Sequence record: NZ_AP023324.1
From: a plasmid
Strand: one strand, 5' to 3'
Length of the DNA stretch: 64,000 nt
A program made the translations under genes and the position numbers. The notes beneath the pieces are model-generated. The model searched no databases. It was not told where the DNA came from and was given only the letters and a program-made list of their open reading frames with translations. The number at the start of each line of letters is the position of its first letter. Position 1 is the first letter of the stretch. Below are positions 1-11,700 of this stretch, one piece after another.

Positions 1-2680
1 CTCGGCGAACAGGTTGATGCCTTTGGCCAGCTGCACGCTGCCCGTCACGTCGAGCTGGCCGCGGCCTCCCAGTACAGGTCGAGCGCGGGGTTGTCGGCGT
101 TGATCTCGTCCAGATAGTCGGAGCGCTTGGTATAGGCGACGCGCAGGTTCACCGGCCCGCGCTCGTAGAAGACGCTGGCGTTCCACATATGCGTCGACTG
201 GCCCGGCAGCGCGAAGCGGCTGCGCCCGCCATAGGTCCCGTCGAAGGTCGCGCTGCCTTTGGTATAGGTGTAGTTGGCGAAGACGCCCAGGCCGCCCAGC
301 ACGCCCGGCAGGAAGCTCAACTGCTGCTGCCAGTTCAGCTCGACGCCGTAGAGCTCGCCCTTGCGCGCATTGATCGGGCGGCTGAGGATCGCGCCGCCCA
401 CGCCGTTATACACGCCGGTGCTGGTCAGCGTGTAGCGATAGTCGGTCAGGTCCTTGTAGAAGCCGTTGACCGAGATCACGCCCAGCGGCCGGATGTAATA
501 TTCCAGGCCCGCATCGACATTGTTCGACAAGGTCGGCTTCAGGTCCGGGTTGCCGAACTCGACGCGCATGGTGTTGCCCTCGCTCGTCTCCAGCACGCGC
601 GGGGCGATCTGCGGGAAGTTGGGGCGGTTGATCGCACGGCTCAGCGCGCCGCGCAGGATCAAATTGGGCGTGAAGGCGGCGCAGCGTCAGGTTCGGGAAG
701 AAGTCGGCATAGCCATTTGTCCCTCGCGCCGTGGTCACCGCGCCGGTGCGCGAGACGCTGGGCGCGCGGCTCTCGAAATCGGTGGTCTCGACGCGCAGCC
801 CCGCGATCAGGGTCGTGCCGTCCTTCACATATTTAGCCATGCCGAACAGGCCGAGGATCTTCTCCTCCGCGACATAATCGGCGGTCAGCGATTGCGGCAG
901 GCGACGCTCCGAGGCGGCCTTGGTCGCGTCGAAATAGGCATCGGCCAACCCGGTGTCGAATCGCTTGCCCAGCTCATAGCCGAAATTGCGCGAGTCCTCG
1001 TCCGACAAGAGCCCCGCCAGTTCTGCGTCGGCGCGGCCGAGGCGCGACGGTCGCGGAAGCGCTCTTCATCGGCGTTGATGTGCCGCTCGCGATATTTGCC
1101 GCCGCTCGACAGGGTGATGAAATCGCCCAGCGGCACGTCCGAGCGGACGGCCAGCGTCAGCTCGTCATTCTTGGTCGTGTTCGAACGGTAAGCGTTTTCG
1201 CGGAAACCGTACGTGCCGAGCTGGAGATGCTCCTTGGTCGTGAAGAGCGAATAGCTGGGCAGATCGACATCGGCGAAATCATAGGACAAGGTCGGGCGCA
1301 GCGTGGAGCGGAACAGCAGCTCGTCGCGGCGCGGATAGGTTTGCGAGCTTTCGCTATAGGCCACGTCAGCGCGGATCGTGCCCTCACCCAGCCGCTGCTC
1401 GATGCCCGCCGTCGCCGACCAGATCTCGTTGACCTGTTTGCGGTGGCGGACCTGCTTTTCGATGCGGGTGTTGCGCCAGGTCGCGGCGCGGTCGGTCGAC
1501 CCGGCCTGGAGCGTGCCCTCGCTCCACAGGATGCCGATGCGGTCGCGGTACTCGTCATCCTCGAACCGGGCATAGGTCCCGCGCACCCAGGCATGGGTCT
1601 GGTCGGACGGGCGCCACTCGAAGGCGCCGGTGCCCGCGATACGCTGGCGCTTGGTGTCGTAATCCTTGAACAGCGTCTCGGTGACGCGCAAGCCCGCAGG
1701 CGTCTGGCTCCACGTATTCTCGACATTGTCGGGGCGGCGATGCGTGCGCGAATAGCTGCCGGAGAAGAGCAGGCCGAACTGGCGATCGGGGCCGAAGGTA
1801 TCGCTGACCGCGGCCGATCCGCGATAGTCGCTGCCTTTGCCATATTGGTTGTAGCTGGCGCCCGCCATGCCGGTCAGCGCGAAGCCCTTGCGGTCGAAGG
1901 GCGAGCGGGTGGTGATGTTGACCGCGCCGGCGATCGAGTCCGCATCCTGATAGGGGAGCAGCGACTTGGTTACCTCCAGATTGGCGACGATGTCGGAGGG
2001 CAGCGTGTCGAGGTCGACCGCGCGCGTCGTCGGGTCGACCGAGGGGATATGGATGCCGTCGACCGAGATGGCCGACCACTCGCTGGGCGCGCCGCGCACG
2101 TTGATATAGCGGCCCTCGCCCTGGTCGCGCTCGATGCCGACGCCCGGGGCGCGTTGCAACGCCTCGGCGATGTTGGGATCGGGGAAGCGACCGATCGCGT
2201 CGGACGAGATGATGGTGACGGTATTGTCCGCCGTCCGCTGCTGGTTGAGCGCGCGCGCGGTATTGTCGAGCAGCGAGGCGCCGGTGACGACGATGTCGCC
2301 ATCCTCGCCACTGGCGGCGGGCAGGGTCAGCGAGACCGGCCGACCCCGCTCGGCTGCGGGCACGATGCGGGTGACGGGCGGGCGGCCGAGATAATCGACC
2401 AGCAGCGTGACGTCGCCGGCCGCTTCGGGCGTGACGATGCTGAACTCGCCACGGAGATTGGTGGTGGCCTGCGCCCCGTCCCCTCGACCACGACCCGCGC
2501 ACCCGGCAGCGCGACACCGGTCGCGTCATAGATCCGCCCCGACAAGATCGGCCCCGATGCCGGCACGCCCACCGGCGTGGCCGCATCGCTGGCCATGGCG
2601 AGCGCGGGGCTTGCGGCAAAGCCCAATGCGATGAGAGAGGCCCCCGCGAGACCGCGGATGCCGGAACGGATGGCGTGCAT
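1..2680 (-). CDS. TonB-dependent outer-membrane receptor; the C-terminus runs off the window start; the reading frame is broken into 4 ORF-track fragments (45-662, 406-1008, 885-2363, 2327-2713)
   Basis: N-terminal signal peptide MHAIRSGIRGLAGASLIALGFAASPALA followed by a carboxypeptidase-regulatory-like segment. Plug-like text includes IVVTGA...DNTARALNQQRTADN, TIISSDAIGRFPDPNIAEALQRAPGV and VRGA. The beta-barrel text is rich in aromatic-terminated strands. After the frame break near nt 65 the reading frame continues LDVTGSVQLAKGINLFAE past position 1. The break at about 2440 removes one base in a C-run (expected VVEGDGAQ). Confidence 0.8.
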
Positions 2681-2844
2681 GATGCTCCCCCTGGGTGCTG
2701 GTCGTGCCGACACCCCCCGGCGCCGGTCGTTCCCGCCCCCGTGGCGGCGCTTTGTTACGAAGCGATGTTATCGGGATGACGATTGGGTGACGGTGGCGTC
2801 ACAATCGATTTTGGGTGATGGGCGGGGCGCGTGTTGCGCATCGG

Positions 2845-2880
2845 CCTCAAGGGGGATCAATTTCATTGATCCCCTTGAGG
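2845..2880. promoter_or_regulatory. Near-perfect inverted repeat CCTCAAGGGGGATCAAT-TTC-ATTGATCCCCTTGAGG (17/16-nt arms); a hairpin, bidirectional terminator or operator candidate
   Basis: Read directly from the sequence. It sits about 80 nt downstream of the stop of the putative immunity gene (minus strand) and about 165 nt upstream of the TonB-receptor start. Confidence 0.5.
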
Positions 2881-2961
2881 TTGAGACACGTGAAATTAGT
2901 GAAGATTATAGTGCCAACACGTATCCCAAAATCCGCTTCGCTGAAAGGAGGGCGTTTACTA

Positions 2962-3561
2962 CTAAGCGGTTTGGATGACGGAATGGACCTTTTCATTTTT
3001 AGAATTTATAAAAATATAGATTTGGGATGTGTCGTGCTTCAGCTTGTCAAGGCTCAATTGACCGACGAAGATCATCGGCTGCTTGTCGTCAAACTGCCAC
3101 TCTGGTGACTGCAACCATTTTGGTGGCTTGCCTAATGAAACGAAATCTCGCTTGATCACATCCTTGACGATAGAACGCGCTTGTTTTGTATCTGCTCCCT
3201 TTATGTCATCTTTGATTTTTTCGATGTAAAACTCCGGGAGTGATAGCCAATCGGGGCTAGATTTGAGTATGAGTTCATATTCTCGTAGCGCAGAATCATC
3301 CTGAGAATAGGGTATACCCTTAAAATCTAGAAATTTTGCCATCACATCCTGCAGGTTAACGGAGGTTGCAGGATTGTCGTAATTTTGGCTAATTATATAA
3401 AGGTAGAGAGAGCCATCATTTGTATATGGCTTCGAGAAAAAACCATCAAAAAATGATTCTGATTCTGGGCTGGATTTTACCTTCTCATAAAGATTTTTGG
3501 CGGAAGTCCGACCTTCGACAAATGACTTTATATCTTCGATCAGGCTCACAAAATACCTCAC
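2962..3561 (-). CDS. Putative immunity protein for the downstream-encoded Rhs C-terminal toxin
   Basis: 199-aa ORF whose start overlaps the Rhs stop by 4 nt (ATGA coupling). It is strikingly AT-rich (about 35-40% GC by eye) against >65% flanks. Its position immediately 3' of an Rhs toxin tip is the canonical immunity position. Confidence 0.5.
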   Translation of the reverse strand: MRYFVSLIEDIKSFVEGRTSAKNLYEKVKSSPESESFFDGFFSKPYTNDGSLYLYIISQNYDNPATSVNLQDVMAKFLDFKGIPYSQDDSALREYELILKSSPDWLSLPEFYIEKIKDDIKGADTKQARSIVKDVIKRDFVSLGKPPKWLQSPEWQFDDKQPMIFVGQLSLDKLKHDTSQIYIFINSKNEKVHSVIQTA

Positions 3562-6500
3562 AAATGTCTGAACGGATCAAGATCGGAATGCTGTTCGCGG
3601 GTGACTTCGCGTAGGTTACCCGGATTATGGGTGTTTGGACTCGGCGCTCGTTGTGGGACGTGGTGATGTAATTCCATCGGGTTACCGTTCGCATCTAGAG
3701 GAGCTGCACCTCGGCGCATCCGGGCCAAGGTCGCAGCATCAAACTCGCCGGTATTCTCTCGTACAGCTGCATCCGCCCGGTTCTTCCAATATCGCGACCG
3801 CACCACGTCCCATTTGGGAGGGCTGCCATCGGGCATTGGCTTATCGATCGCGTCGCCAGGTTTCCAACGTTTGAATTTCACGCATGCGGCCAACCCATCC
3901 GGATCGAACCACCGCAACGGGTCGTGCACATAGGCATGGGTCCGCAGACCCCCGTCGACGCCGATCGGATCGGGGGACAGATATTGGCCGGTTTCAGGAT
4001 CGTAATAGCGGTTGAGGTTATAGTGCAGCCCGCTTTCTGCATCCTCCCATTGGCCGGGAAAGCGTAGCGCGCAGGGGGCGGTGTCGCCTTCTCCGCCAGC
4101 ATCGCTTCCCCCGCGTTCGCGCAGCAGCGCGCGGGCGGTGCGGGTGCGGCCCCATAGCTCGGGCTCGGCACGCCATTGACATTGGCCGTCCTCGCCGAAC
4201 AGTGCGTGCGGCGCGCCGAGCTGGTCGGCGACGATCGGCAGCCATTGCGCCTCCGCCAGCACCGGTTCGGCATCCGCTCCGCTCGGCACCAGTTCCTTGG
4301 CCAGCGGGCGCAGGCCGTCGGGTTCGAAATGCCAGCGTTCGATGGAGAGGCTCTCGTCACCCTTGCCTTCGCCCGTGCGATGCCCGGAGCGATACCATGC
4401 CTCGGCGAGCGAAATGCCCTGCCAGACATAATCGATCCGCCGCGTCGCGGTACCGCCCAGCAGCGTCTTGCCCACGCGCCGCCCGAAGGCGTCATAGCTG
4501 TAGCGCCAGCGCGCCCCGTCGGGCGCCTCCAGCTCGACTAGCCGGTCGAACCCGTCCCAGAGATAACGCCAGCGGCGCGGGCGAAAGCCCTGCTCGGACA
4601 GGACACGCTCGACCATCCGCCCACGCGCATCGTAGCGGAAGCGGTTGGGCCCCGCCTCCACCACGCAGTCGCGCCAGTAGCGGTGCTCGCCCGCCAGCCC
4701 TTCGGCCGGTTCATCAGCGCGTCGTAGCGATAGGCCTCATGCGCACCGGGCCGCTCGACGGCGACCGTCTGGTCGCGCAGATCGTGATGGAAGCGCGTTT
4801 CGCCCCGGAGGCCGCTCGCGCCTGCGTCCCTGATCCCCGCCAGTCGCCCGGCGCGATCCCAGTCATAGTGGCGCACCAGTTCGCCGGGTGCGGGCGGCGT
4901 CCCCGAAAAGACCGCGACCCCGCCCGCCCGCTGTTCCGCCAGCCGCCCGGCGGGGTCATAGGCTCTGGTCAGCTGAAAGGCGGTGCGCACCCCGATCGCG
5001 GCCGCCTCGCGCAGCGTCTCCAGCCCGCTGGCGTCATGGGCGAAGCGCAGCGCATGGCCGTTGCTCTCATAGCGCCGCAGCAGCCCGGCCTCGTCAAAGC
5101 TGAGCGAGGTCTCGCCGCTGGGGCTGGTGCGCCCGACACAGCGGCCCGCTTCGTCATAGCGATAGGTGACGGCGATGCCGTTCTGCTCTTCGGCGACCAA
5201 TCGGCCTTTGTCGTCATAGCGCAAGCCGACATCGGCGATCGCCTGCGGCACGCCATCGATCAGGTTCGGTCGTCGCACCGACCAGCCGATCCGCCTCGTC
5301 ATAGCGGTAGGAGATCGCGTCCGCGCCCGCGATCACCCGGGTGATACGGTCGCGGTCGTCCTATTCGAAATGCTGCTCGGCCGCGTCGGGCATTCGCTTG
5401 GCCAGCACACGGCCCAGCGCGTCGCGGCGGTAGAGCGTCTCGCGCCCCGCCCAATCGGCCTGCGCCGCGAGGCGTCCCGCCGCGTCATAGCGGAAATGCC
5501 ATGCCTGCCCGGCTGCATTGGTGATCGTCGCCAGCCGCCCCGCGCCGTCATAGGCAAAGCCGGTCGTGGCCCCCAGCGGATCGATCGTCTGGCGCAGCGT
5601 GTCGAAGGCCCCGTGGATGAAGCGGATCGCCTGCCCGTCGCCCCGGATACGCGCGGTGAGCAGACCCTCACCGTCATAGGCGAAGCGGATTTCGCCGCCA
5701 TCGGGGGTGCGCGCCCGGCTGACCGCGCCGCGCGGATTGTCGGCCGATCGCTCATAGGCCCAGGCGCTGGTGCGCCCGACGGGATCGGTCAGCTCCAGCA
5801 ACCGTCCGAACCGGTCCCAGCAATAGCGGGTGACGCGCTCGCTCGCCGAGGCGGTGGGCGGATCGTGGCGGGCGACCGGACGCCCGGCCGCGTCATTCTC
5901 GTACCGCGTGACGCCACCGCCGGCGACCTGCTCCTCGATCAGCGCACCGCGTTCGTCATAGCGCGCGGTCACCTTGACCCCGTCGGCACCGACCCAGCCG
6001 ATGATGTTGCCCGCCGCATCGCGGGTCCAGCGGACCGCCCCGTCCGGCGCCGCGAAGGCGACCAAGGCCCCCCAGCGATCATAGGCCCAGGTCACGCTGC
6101 GCCCGCTCCAGTCGGTCTGCGCGATCAGCCGGCCATCGCTATCATAGGCGAAGCGCGTCTCGCGCCCGGCGGGGTCGATGCGTCGTTGCAGCCGCTCCAG
6201 CGCATCCCACTCGCTGACCGTGCGTGCGCCGAGCGGGTCGATCTCCTCGATGACGAGGTTGTTCGCGTCATAGCGAAAGCTGGTGACGGCACCGGTCGCA
6301 TCGACATAGCGCGACAGCCGTTCCTCGGGAAAATAGAGGAAACGATCGTTGAACATGCCGTCGCCGGTGCGCGTCGCGGTCACCCGCCCGGCCGCATCAT
6401 AGGCGATCTCGACCCGGGTCGGGCCGCTGTCCTGCCACCCATTCAGCCAGCCTTCGGGCGAATAGCGATAATGGAACTCGCCGGTGAAGGTCCCCAGCAC

Positions 6501-8014
6501 ATCGAGCAGATGCCCGGCCGCGTCATAATGATAGCGGACCAGCGGCTCGCGCTCGCCCTCCATCCACAGCGCGCTCAGCCAGCCCTGCGGCGTGGTGTCG
6601 ACGCGGAAGCGCGTGCCATCGGGAGCGCGCACCCCGCGCAGCCGCCCCTCGGCGTCGCGGTCGAAGACGATGCGGTTGCCGTTGCGGTCCTCGATCCCCG
6701 CCATCAGCATCAGCGCGGGGTCGTTGGTGGTTGCGAAGATCAGATATTGCTGGCTGCGGCTGTCATAGAGGCGCAGCGCCTCGCGCGGGCCGGTCAGCCG
6801 GTAATAGGGTGCTTTCAGGTGGCGTGCTTCGACATGGTCGCCGTCACCGATCGCGAAGAGCAGCCTCTGGCCGCCGGCATCCTCGAGCAGCGCGGTGCCC
6901 GCCTCGGCATCGAGCAGCAGCCGCTGTGACCAGTTGCAGATCCAGCGGGGGCCGAGCAGCCCCTCAACCCGCATTTTGCCCGGATAGGTGCGCTCCAGCC
7001 GGAGCGGCAGCAGCCCGGGATATTCGAAATCGACCCGCGCATCGGCATAATCGCCGGTGACGACGTCGACCGGTTCGCCAAACAGTCGGCGCAGCGGTCC
7101 GTCGAGCAGACCGCCACGGCGAACGGCGGAGCGCATCCCCGCCACTTCGGCCACCGACAGCAGCAGCTGCTCGGCGACCGACAATTCGGCGTCGGGCGTT
7201 CCATAGCTGCCGGTGCTGGTGTCGCCGAAGATCGTCTCGCACCCTTGCTGTATCACGGCGTCGCAGGATAGCTTGTGGCCGATCCGCGCCATGGGCAGGC
7301 CGTTGATGAAGATGGTCTGGCTGCCCTCGATGATCTTGGAAGGCGGGGTGCCGGGATGCTTGGTGCAGGCGGCGGTGTCGGTAACGCGCGCCGCATTCTT
7401 GCCCTCGAAGAAGACCGTGAGCGAACCCGAGGTGATCGGGCCGGACAGGGTGGCGGTCTTGGACCCTGCGCCGGCGATCGCGGTGGTGACGAAGCCGCCC
7501 GCCGCGCCCGCGCCGAAGGCCACCGCCGCGCCGACCAGCGGGGCCGCCATGCCCGCCGTACCGATGATCGCGGCCGCGCTGACCGCCACCACCGCGCCCA
7601 CCACGATCCCGGCCGCGATGCCAGCGAGCAGGCCGTTGAAGGTGTTGCTGTGCGCGATCTGGTGCTCGATATGCGCGGCCTGCCGTCCCGCCGGGGCGAT
7701 ACGCTGCGCGCCGAATTGCTGCGCGACCCAGAAGGCGCCCTCGTCTGCATGGACCTGTTCGGCCAGCCACGCGCCCGCCATCGCCCCCGCGATCGGCGCG
7801 GCGATACGCCCGGCGAAGCATTTCAGCGCGGTCACCCCGCCCGAGGCACCGGCGGAATAGGCCCCGCCGCGAAGATGCCGGCCGATGCGACATGCCCCGT
7901 CGTCGCGATCGCCGACACGGTGCCCGCATTGCTCGACGCGGCCGTCTCCTCGCGCAACGCGCGCAGCTTGTCGTCGGCCGTCGGTTCCCGGTTGGAGGTC
8001 GCGCTGCCCGTCAC
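3558..8014 (-). CDS. T6SS-type TMD-PAAR-Rhs (YD-repeat) effector with a C-terminal HNH/EHHH-like nuclease toxin; frame broken 3 times (fragments 7832-8014, 5361-7835, 4538-5302, 3558-4664)
   Basis: The N-terminus MTGSATSNREPTADDKLRALREE... joins the VTALKCFAG ORF across a 1-nt frame break. It contains Gly/Ala-rich transmembrane helices (GLLAGIAAGIVVGAVVAVSAAAIIGTAGMAAPLVGAAVAFGAGAAGG). The PAAR domain reads NAARVTDTAACTKHPG...INGLPMARIGHKLSCDAV. Many YD/RHS repeats follow (RYHYDAAGHL, FRYDANNLV, ETRFAYDSDGRL, YRYDEAGR). The Rhs core end is GQWEDAESGLHYNLNRYYDPETGQYLSPDPIGVDGGLRTHAYVHDPLRWFDPDGL. The variable tip is ...NGNPMELHHHVPQR...NLREVTREQHSDLD. Confidence 0.85.
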
Positions 8015-8027
8015 GGGATCGCGTCCG

Positions 8028-8450
8028 TTACGCGGTGGCGAAGGTGAAGGAGGTGATCGCCGCGACCAGCGCGTTGCGGCTTTCCGGCTCGGGCCCGCCC
8101 GGGATCGATCCGGTGAAGTTCAGGATGGCATTGTCGCGGTGAAGCACCATCGCCACCACCTGATGGATCGGCTTGCCGTCGCTGCGCCGGTCATTTCCGA
8201 AATGCGCCTCATGACCGTCGATCTGCCCGCCGGTGTCGGCGATCAGTTCGAACCCGGCGAGCTGGGCTGCGAAGCTTTGCCGCTGCTGGATGACATAATC
8301 CTGAAAGGTCAGCCCCAATGCCAGCCGATCGCGCGCGATGACCAGGCTCGTGCCCTGCACCCGCGCATCCTTGGGCATCAGCACATTGATGCTCTGATCC
8401 TGCCACACCGTCGGCGCGCCCAGCGATCCTTCATCAATCCGATACGCCAC
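8028..8450 (-). CDS. DUF1795/DcrB (Eag-family) chaperone-like protein immediately upstream of the PAAR-Rhs gene
   Basis: 140 aa, MAYRIDEGSLGAPTVWQDQSINVLMPKDARVQGTSLVIARD... The size, the QDQS(V/I)NV motif region and its position 14 nt upstream of the Rhs start fit Eag/DUF1795 partners of TMD-containing PAAR effectors. Confidence 0.6.
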   Translation of the reverse strand: MAYRIDEGSLGAPTVWQDQSINVLMPKDARVQGTSLVIARDRLALGLTFQDYVIQQRQSFAAQLAGFELIADTGGQIDGHEAHFGNDRRSDGKPIHQVVAMVLHRDNAILNFTGSIPGGPEPESRNALVAAITSFTFATA

Positions 8451-8713
8451 GCGTTCTTTCTCCCGCCGTCGATCGTCGCGCGTATTGGTAGCGTCTTGAA
8501 CGGGCCACGCCTACCCTCTTCAAACTCCAGCACAGTATACGTGGCTTGTGCCCTAGAGATCGGTGCTTGCTTCGTTCGAGATGCCTGCCCCGGATGTGAC
8601 CTGCAAAATTGGCGTAGATTTATCCTGAGTTAGATCGGGCCTCATTTTTACGCGATCGTAAAGGTGCAGAGCGACCGCCAGAACCAAACGTCGCGATATC
8701 ATGATCACCGCCG

Positions 8714-8753
8714 GCAGAGAAAGGGGCCGGGGCGAATATCCGCCCCGGCCCCC
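8714..8753 (-). terminator. Rho-independent terminator candidate after the autotransporter gene
   Basis: GGGGCCGGGGCG-aatat-CGCCCCGGCCCC, a perfect 12-bp GC stem at 8723-8752. On the minus-strand transcript it is followed by a UUUCUCU tract. It lies about 25 nt after the autotransporter stop. Confidence 0.5.
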
Positions 8754-8777
8754 ATAGTCCCCTGCTTAGGGGCGTAC

Positions 8778-11700
8778 GCCTCAGAAGCGCAGGCGCAGGC
8801 CTGCCGCGATCGTTTCCTGATGGTCGTCGCGGCCGGTCTGCGCGCTGCCGGTCGCGTACAGGTCGACGCCGTTCGCAAAGCGATAGGCGACGCCGGCGGT
8901 CGCGGTGCCAACCAGCGGCGCGCGCTGCGCACCCAGTGCGACCAGGCCCAGCCCGCCACCGGCATAGCCGCCCAGCGCCAGGGCGCGGTTGCCCTCGATC
9001 TGGTAGCGGGCGCCCAGCGTCACGAACGGGCGGAACGGCGCATCCGACGTGTCGCTGCGACCCAGGGTCAGCCCGCCATCGGCGAAGCCCGCGACATGGC
9101 GGTCCTTGGCGACGCTGAGCGCGAAGGGGCTGCCCCGTCTCGCCCACGCCCGCGCGGGTGGTGCGCAGATAGGTCAGGCCCGCACGCGGGGTCAGCGCCC
9201 AGCCATCCGCCATCTCGGCGGTGTAGTGGATCGACAGATCGCTGGTCCAGCTGTGCAGGTCGTAGCGACCGAAGCCCGAGGCCGTGCCCGGCAGCGCGCG
9301 GGTGGTCCGCGCCTGCGCACCGTCATAGATGACCGAGGCGCCAAAGCCGAAGCCGTTCGGCATCGTGTAGCGGCCATGGACGCCCGCCACCACGCCATCG
9401 GCGCGGGTCGAGGCGGCGAGCGGGGCGATCGACTGGCGGGTGTCGAGCCAGCCGCCGAACGCGCCGATCATCCATTGCTGGTCGCCGTAACCCACGCCGC
9501 CAGGAAGCCATAGCCGCGCGTCCGCGCCGCGCTGGTCCCCTGTGCCCGGTCGGCACCCAGCGTGTGCCACTGGCCCAGCGTCTGCGCGAAGGTGAACGGA
9601 CCGGCCTCGCTGCGGTTGGTGGCGAAGGCGGGACCGCGTGCCGCACTGGTCAGACCCAGCGCATTGTCGACGCCGATCTGCGTGGCCGAGGCATAGGCTT
9701 CGGGCGTCACCTGCGCGAAGCCTTGTGCGTTGGATGCGCCCGAGGCGGTCAGCAGCGACGGGAGTGCGGCGAACAGCGTGCTGGTCGCGGGCTGCTTGGC
9801 GAGCGTGGCATTGGCATAGTCGATGCTGCGCGCGACCTGCGGGCTGAACCGCGCATCGCCCAGGAACTGGCCGAGCAGCTGGATGCGGTCGGCGCGCTGG
9901 ACGATGAAGCCGAACAGGTCGCTGGGCTTCTGGATGGTCGTATAGCTGCCGCTGATCCCGCCGCTGGCGACGATCAGGTCATAGGAGGTACCGGGGCGGA
10001 TCGCGCCGCTCGACACGATCTGGAGCGTCGACCCGCTGTTGATCGTCATCGCGCCATTGACGACCAGCTTGTCCGAGATGGTCGGGGTCAGCTCGAAGTA
10101 GGACAGCGAGCCGTTGTTCAGCGTGACGTTGCCGTTGACCGTCATCGTGCGGCGACGCGCCGGGGCTGAGGATGCCCGCGACCGTCACATTGCCGTTGAC
10201 CGTCCCCGCCGAACCGAAGGTCGCACCTTGGCGGACCAGGAACTGCGTCGCGCTCATCGCCGAGTTGGCCAGGCCGACCAGTCGACCGTTCGACATGTCG
10301 ACAGAGCCGAAAGCGGCATTGCCCAACACGGTGGCATAACCGCCAGTCATCGCCAGCGCCTCGACATTGGCGACGTTGGTGAAGGCGACCGGTGCAGCGG
10401 CCGTCCCGCCCGACAGCGCGATCGTGTCGGTGCCGGCCCCGCCATCGACCGCACCTGCGAAGGTGCCGGCGATGGTGAAGCGCTGATTGCCGCTGGTGAA
10501 GGCAACCGGCCCGCCGTCAGGCTGCTGCCCGCCGCGATGGTCAGGTCGGTTGCGGCATTGACTTGATTATAGGCCTGCGTGCCGGCCAGCGAAAGCGTGC
10601 CGGTGCCCTCGCTTGCCAGCGTCTCGAAGCCGGTCAGCGTGCCGGCGGCCAGCGTCTGGTTGCCCGCCAGCTCCAGCGTGGCGCTGTCATTGCCCGCACC
10701 GCCGGCAACCGTGGCCTGCAGGATCGAGCCCGCCGACAGGCGCAGCGCGTCGTTGCCTGCACCCAGATCGATGACCCCGGCCAGCGTCGCGCTCTTGGCG
10801 ATGGTCAGCGACGTGTCGCCGTCACCGAAGCCCAGCGGTGCGCCGTTCGAACCGAGGACGCCGGTGACGGTCAGCGCCTTGCCGGTCAGCGATACATTCT
10901 CGAAGCCCGTCGCCAGCCCGCTCAGCACCACCGGCGCATTGGCGGTGAAGGCGAGCGTATCGGTGCCCGTGCCCCGTCGTAACGGCCCGCCGCATTGGTC
11001 GTGCCCAGCGCCAGCAGGTCGTTGCCTGCGCCGAGCGAAACGCTGGCGATGTCGCCATCGACGCGCAGCTGCTCGGCCGCGTCCGATCCGGTGACCGCAC
11101 CGATACGGTTGCCCGCCAGCGCCACGTTCAGCCCGGTGCCCGTGAGGGCCACCGTGCCGAAGCTCTGGTCGAGCGTCAGCGACAGCGTGCCCGAACCGGT
11201 CACCGCCAGCTGCTGGAAGTTGCTGCGCTGGCCCAGACCGGTGCGATCATCGCTGAGCAGCGCGGTATAGAGGTTGGTCCCCGCCCCGCCATCGACGCCG
11301 CCTGCGACGCGCGAGCCGGCCATCTCGACGAAGCTGTCATCGCCATCGCCCAAGGACACCGTGCCCTGGACCAGCCCGGCATTGACGAAGCGGTCATTGC
11401 CGCCGCCCAGCGCGACCGCGCCGGCGATGGTGCCGTTGTTGGTCACCGTTTCGGCCGCGTCGGTACCGGTGATGGTGGTGGCACCGGTGCTGGCGAGCGT
11501 CTGGCCCACCGCGACCGTCACCGATCCGCCCGCCACGCCCAGCGTGTCGAAGTTGAAGGCCCCGGCATAGGTGACGTTGCCCTGACCGACCTGGCTGAAG
11601 CGTTCGAAGTTCAGGAACTGGTTGCCGTTGACGGTGCCGCCCCCGGTCGCATCGACGATTAGGTTGTCGGAGCCCGCCCCGCCATCGACCGTACCGGTTA

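Noticed and set aside
1080-2531. 483-aa plus-strand ORF and 1555-2619 minus-strand ORF
   Set aside because: These are antisense or alternative frames of the TonB-dependent receptor with low-complexity translations.
5370-6929. 519-aa ORF on the plus strand
   Set aside because: It is antisense to the Rhs gene, with a low-complexity R/G/A-rich translation and no start context. It is a high-GC shadow ORF.
6964-7929. 321-aa ORF on the minus strand, alternative frame of the Rhs N-terminal region
   Set aside because: It is extremely Arg/Gly-rich (RGGRGGG...), overlapping the well-supported PAAR/TM frame. It is spurious.
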